Origin: Spirochaetaceae bacterium
GTDB taxonomy: Bacteria; Spirochaetota; Spirochaetia; DSM-2461
Direction of reading: 5' to 3'
Length of the DNA: 64,000 nucleotides
NCBI GenBank assembly: GCA_051531975.1
Contig: JAOPTT010000006.1
Coordinates: 384,656 to 448,655 of the forward strand
In this document: piece by piece, positions 61,441 to 64,000 of the stretch
Layout: each line of letters starts with the position of its first letter
Numbering within the stretch: position 1 is the first letter of the stretch
The notes under the pieces: model-generated
What the model was told of the DNA's origin: nothing
Seen by the model: only the letters and a program-made list of their open reading frames with translations
Databases searched by the model: none
Program-made: the position numbers and the translations under genes

Positions 61441-62280
61441 TTATTTCAAGAGTTTCTCAGGGTTGATGTATTGTCCTTCAAGAGAAATTCTATACTCCAA
61501 ATAAGATGAAACATTATCATCACTTTTAGCTAAAGATCCTATTATATCTCCTTGTTTCACAAAATCCTCTACTTTAAAAGTTGTACCAGAAACATTTATA
61601 TATTCAGTTATAACCCCCCATTCATGTTTTATAACTATTTTTTGATTAATAATACTAATAATTGTACCAGAAGATGTAGAATAAACTTCGGCTCCTATAT
61701 TATTTATTATTCTCACTCCTGATTTATTAATTTTATTTCCATAATCAATTCTTTTTAATTTTTCATTATTTCTAAATGGACTAATTATTGGAAATTTTTC
61801 TAAATTAACTTTCTCGTCCGAAACAATATGATCTAAAAAAATACTTAAACTAAATGTAGATTCTTCTAGTAGATCATCTGTGTATATGTTATTAAGATAT
61901 TCGTCCATGATTACAGAATGTAATTTTTTCATGTTAAGTTCTTTGCTTGCATTCAATTCTTTAGGATTTAAAGTGTCAGTAAAAGCATTTACTGGAAACA
62001 AAAAAATAGAGACAATTAGGAATGTATATATTAAATATGAACTAAACTTCGTAATCCTACTCTGTTTGGATATCTTATTATCTACTATTTCTAATATTCT
62101 CTTTTTTATACTCAATTTATTCCTCCACTTAGCATCTAGTATATTTTTATTGTATTTGAAATTATTTGTAAATGATAATAATGCCATACCATATTCATTT
62201 TTATTAATCGGATCATTTCCCAACGTATGCATATCAGTTTGTAGAATCTCTTCTAGTGATAACTGTATAATCAGCATCAT
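61441..62280 (-). pseudogene. N-terminally truncated BlaR1/M56-like protein fused to a degenerate M23 domain
   Basis: EYGMALL...SIKKRILEI (M56 C-terminal half), a TM helix, then an M23-like fold lacking the His ligands; no HExxH-containing N-terminus. Confidence 0.55.
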
Positions 62281-62341
62281 TTACAACCTGATCTAAGATA
62301 CCTTTTAAATGTTTTCTAGTTTCTGAAAAGTTTACTACTCA

Positions 62342-62614
62342 CTAAACAGCGTTCATTTTTATATCACCCTCAACATATCTATGTATTAATCCAGATATTA
62401 GGGTTTGATAAGGTATTCCCATTTCCATTGCTTTTTTTTGAATACCGTTATAATCATGTTCATATAATCTGATTGTTATACTTTTATTTTTTTTGAAAGT
62501 ATTCTTCGCTGTTTGCTGGAAATAATCTAACTCTTTTTCTGTTGGTGTTCTTAAATCAAGTTCATCATTATCTATAGCATCAATAATCATCTGTTCTTCT
62601 TCATCAAATTTCAT
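62342..62614 (-). CDS. Antitoxin (BrnA/CopG-like RHH)
   Basis: KNKSITIRL...IQKKA.E.GIPYQTLISGLIHRYVEG. Confidence 0.85.
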   Translation of the reverse strand: MKFDEEEQMIIDAIDNDELDLRTPTEKELDYFQQTAKNTFKKNKSITIRLYEHDYNGIQKKAMEMGIPYQTLISGLIHRYVEGDIKMNAV

Positions 62615-62618
62615 TTTC

Positions 62619-62900
62619 TTACTCCTTCTCCTTCTCTGTACTATATTCTCTTGTTGCTTTTCTACTAGGGATTATTGTTTTAAGGAATATATAATCCTCA
62701 TCCTCAACAAAAGGAACAATATAAATATAACCTTCAATTATTACATAAAAAAGTTTCTGATTAGTATATAGTTCTTTGTTTGAATGATCTGTAATCTTCC
62801 AAACATCTCTTCTCTTAATATGAAAACAAACCTTTTCAAATGATATATCACGTTCACTCTTTAGAAACTCATTTTTTTCAGGATTCCATTCAAATCTCAT
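62619..62900 (-). CDS. BrnT-family toxin
   Basis: FEWNPEKNE.LK.ER.ISFE...YIVPFVE...FLKTIIPSRKAT; toxin-first gene order. Confidence 0.88.
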   Translation of the reverse strand: MRFEWNPEKNEFLKSERDISFEKVCFHIKRRDVWKITDHSNKELYTNQKLFYVIIEGYIYIVPFVEDEDYIFLKTIIPSRKATREYSTEKEKE

Positions 62901-62908
62901 ATCTTAAT

Positions 62909-62925
62909 TGTACATCGATTGTACA
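62909..62925. promoter_or_regulatory. Putative TA autoregulatory operator
   Basis: tgtaca-tcgat-tgtaca immediately upstream of the brnT-like start. Confidence 0.45.
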
Positions 62926-63071
62926 TACATATCAATTTCTCCAATTCTGGATATAGCTTAATTTCTTTTATATGGTATTTTTTTATGAAACTTTTAATTT
63001 CTTAATCATTATTTCTATGTATTAATTCTTATATTCTGAATCAATACAAATCATAGCACTAAAGATTACAT

Positions 63072-64000
63072 ATGAATAAAGTGAGAATATATTTAATATT
63101 TATAATTCTAATTTGTAATTTCTTCATCTTTTCAGAAGAGAAACAAATATTAGAGTTTAACAATAAACCTATAACAGATGTTTTAATGGTATTAGCTGAT
63201 TTGAGTGAAAAAAATATTATTGTAGATAATACCGTTGGTGGGAACTGTAGTTATTATTTTACTACTACTGATTTAGATGAAGCATTAAAATTGTTTTTAA
63301 CAAGTCAGAATTTATATATGTTTGAAATTGATGGAGCACTGTTAGTCTCTAAAATATTTAGTATAAATGATGGGGAACTTATTAGTCTGAATTGCACCGA
63401 TGTGGATATTAAGCAGGTATTAGATCGATTAACAGCTGACACTGGAATTACTATATTGTACGATAACTTACCTAGGACAAATATAAATCTAAACATTAAA
63501 AAATTAACACTTAAAGTTGTATTAGAAATTATTATTAAGAAGTTTACTGATTATAATATTGAAGAAGCTAAAGACTACTTTTATATTAAAAAGAATGTAT
63601 CATCTAATAAAAAAGATGTCATAAATAAGACAAATGGAATAATTGTTAATAACTTAGGGTTTTATTCAGTGAACTTAAAGAAAGTACGATTTTCTGCTGT
63701 TATTGGGGAGTTTTTTAGTAAAGAAGATATTGAGTACTCTATACAAGGTAGAAACGATAATATAATTGATCGGTTAGAATATAAGGATAAAACATTTGAT
63801 GAAATGTTAAACCTTCTGCTTGAAAGTGGAAGCTGCGATTATGTTAAATCAAATGACATATATTACATCTTTGATATTAATAAAAATGAAATAGCAAACA
63901 GACATATAGAGACACAGATTATTAAATTAAACAGTATAAATGTGAAAGAACTACTTAAACTAATGCCTGGAAGCTTTATGAGTAACAATGTATTAAAGGT
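63072..64000 (+). CDS. Secretin (type II/III secretion GspD/PilQ-like), N-terminal part, runs off the window
   Basis: MNKVRIYLIF signal peptide, then EFNNKPITDVLMVLADLSEKNIIVDNTVGG...LDEALKLFL and further N0/STN-like repeats; not in the ORF track because no stop lies within the window. Confidence 0.75.
   Translation, partial: MNKVRIYLIFIILICNFFIFSEEKQILEFNNKPITDVLMVLADLSEKNIIVDNTVGGNCSYYFTTTDLDEALKLFLTSQNLYMFEIDGALLVSKIFSINDGELISLNCTDVDIKQVLDRLTADTGITILYDNLPRTNINLNIKKLTLKVVLEIIIKKFTDYNIEEAKDYFYIKKNVSSNKKDVINKTNGIIVNNLGFYSVNLKKVRFSAVIGEFFSKEDIEYSIQGRNDNIIDRLEYKDKTFDEMLNLLLESGSCDYVKSNDIYYIFDINKNEIANRHIETQIIKLNSINVKELLKLMPGSFMSNNVLK

Noticed and set aside
1..64000. tRNA or rRNA genes
   Set aside because: None recognised by eye; the GC-rich non-coding patches are explained by intron and IS remnants.

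Overview
Strongly AT-rich bacterial chromosomal window, probably from a free-living spirochaete (inferred from FAxGxxE-type and xSC lipoprotein signal peptides and a Treponema-like secretin). 1-9.2 kb is housekeeping/metabolic: ABC ATPase, TlpA, tdh-kbl, a flavin-based electron-transfer-like locus (apbE, ndh2 with a membrane domain, prenyl synthase, small exported protein) and a DTW protein. 9.2-27.5 kb is a three-gene operon centred on a ~4880-aa secreted multidomain protein plus a DUF3160-like lipoprotein. 28.2-43.4 kb is an accessory/defence-like island: NACHT NTPase, a decayed IS4 element inserted into a group IIC intron domain V/VI remnant, a TPR-metallo-beta-lactamase fusion, an unannotated 38-aa RiPP-like precursor with a radical SAM/SPASM maturase, an IS21 scar, and an RmuC-SWIM-SWIM-DUF4041/T5orf172-5'-nucleotidase operon; three of these units are preceded by copies of a shared non-coding leader. 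43.4-64 kb holds an iron/cobalamin-type ABC transporter, a MalT-like regulator bracketed by a perfect 21-bp inverted repeat, many small exported or orphan genes with gene scars, two type II TA pairs and the start of a secretin. All family calls are from motif recognition by eye; no searches were run.
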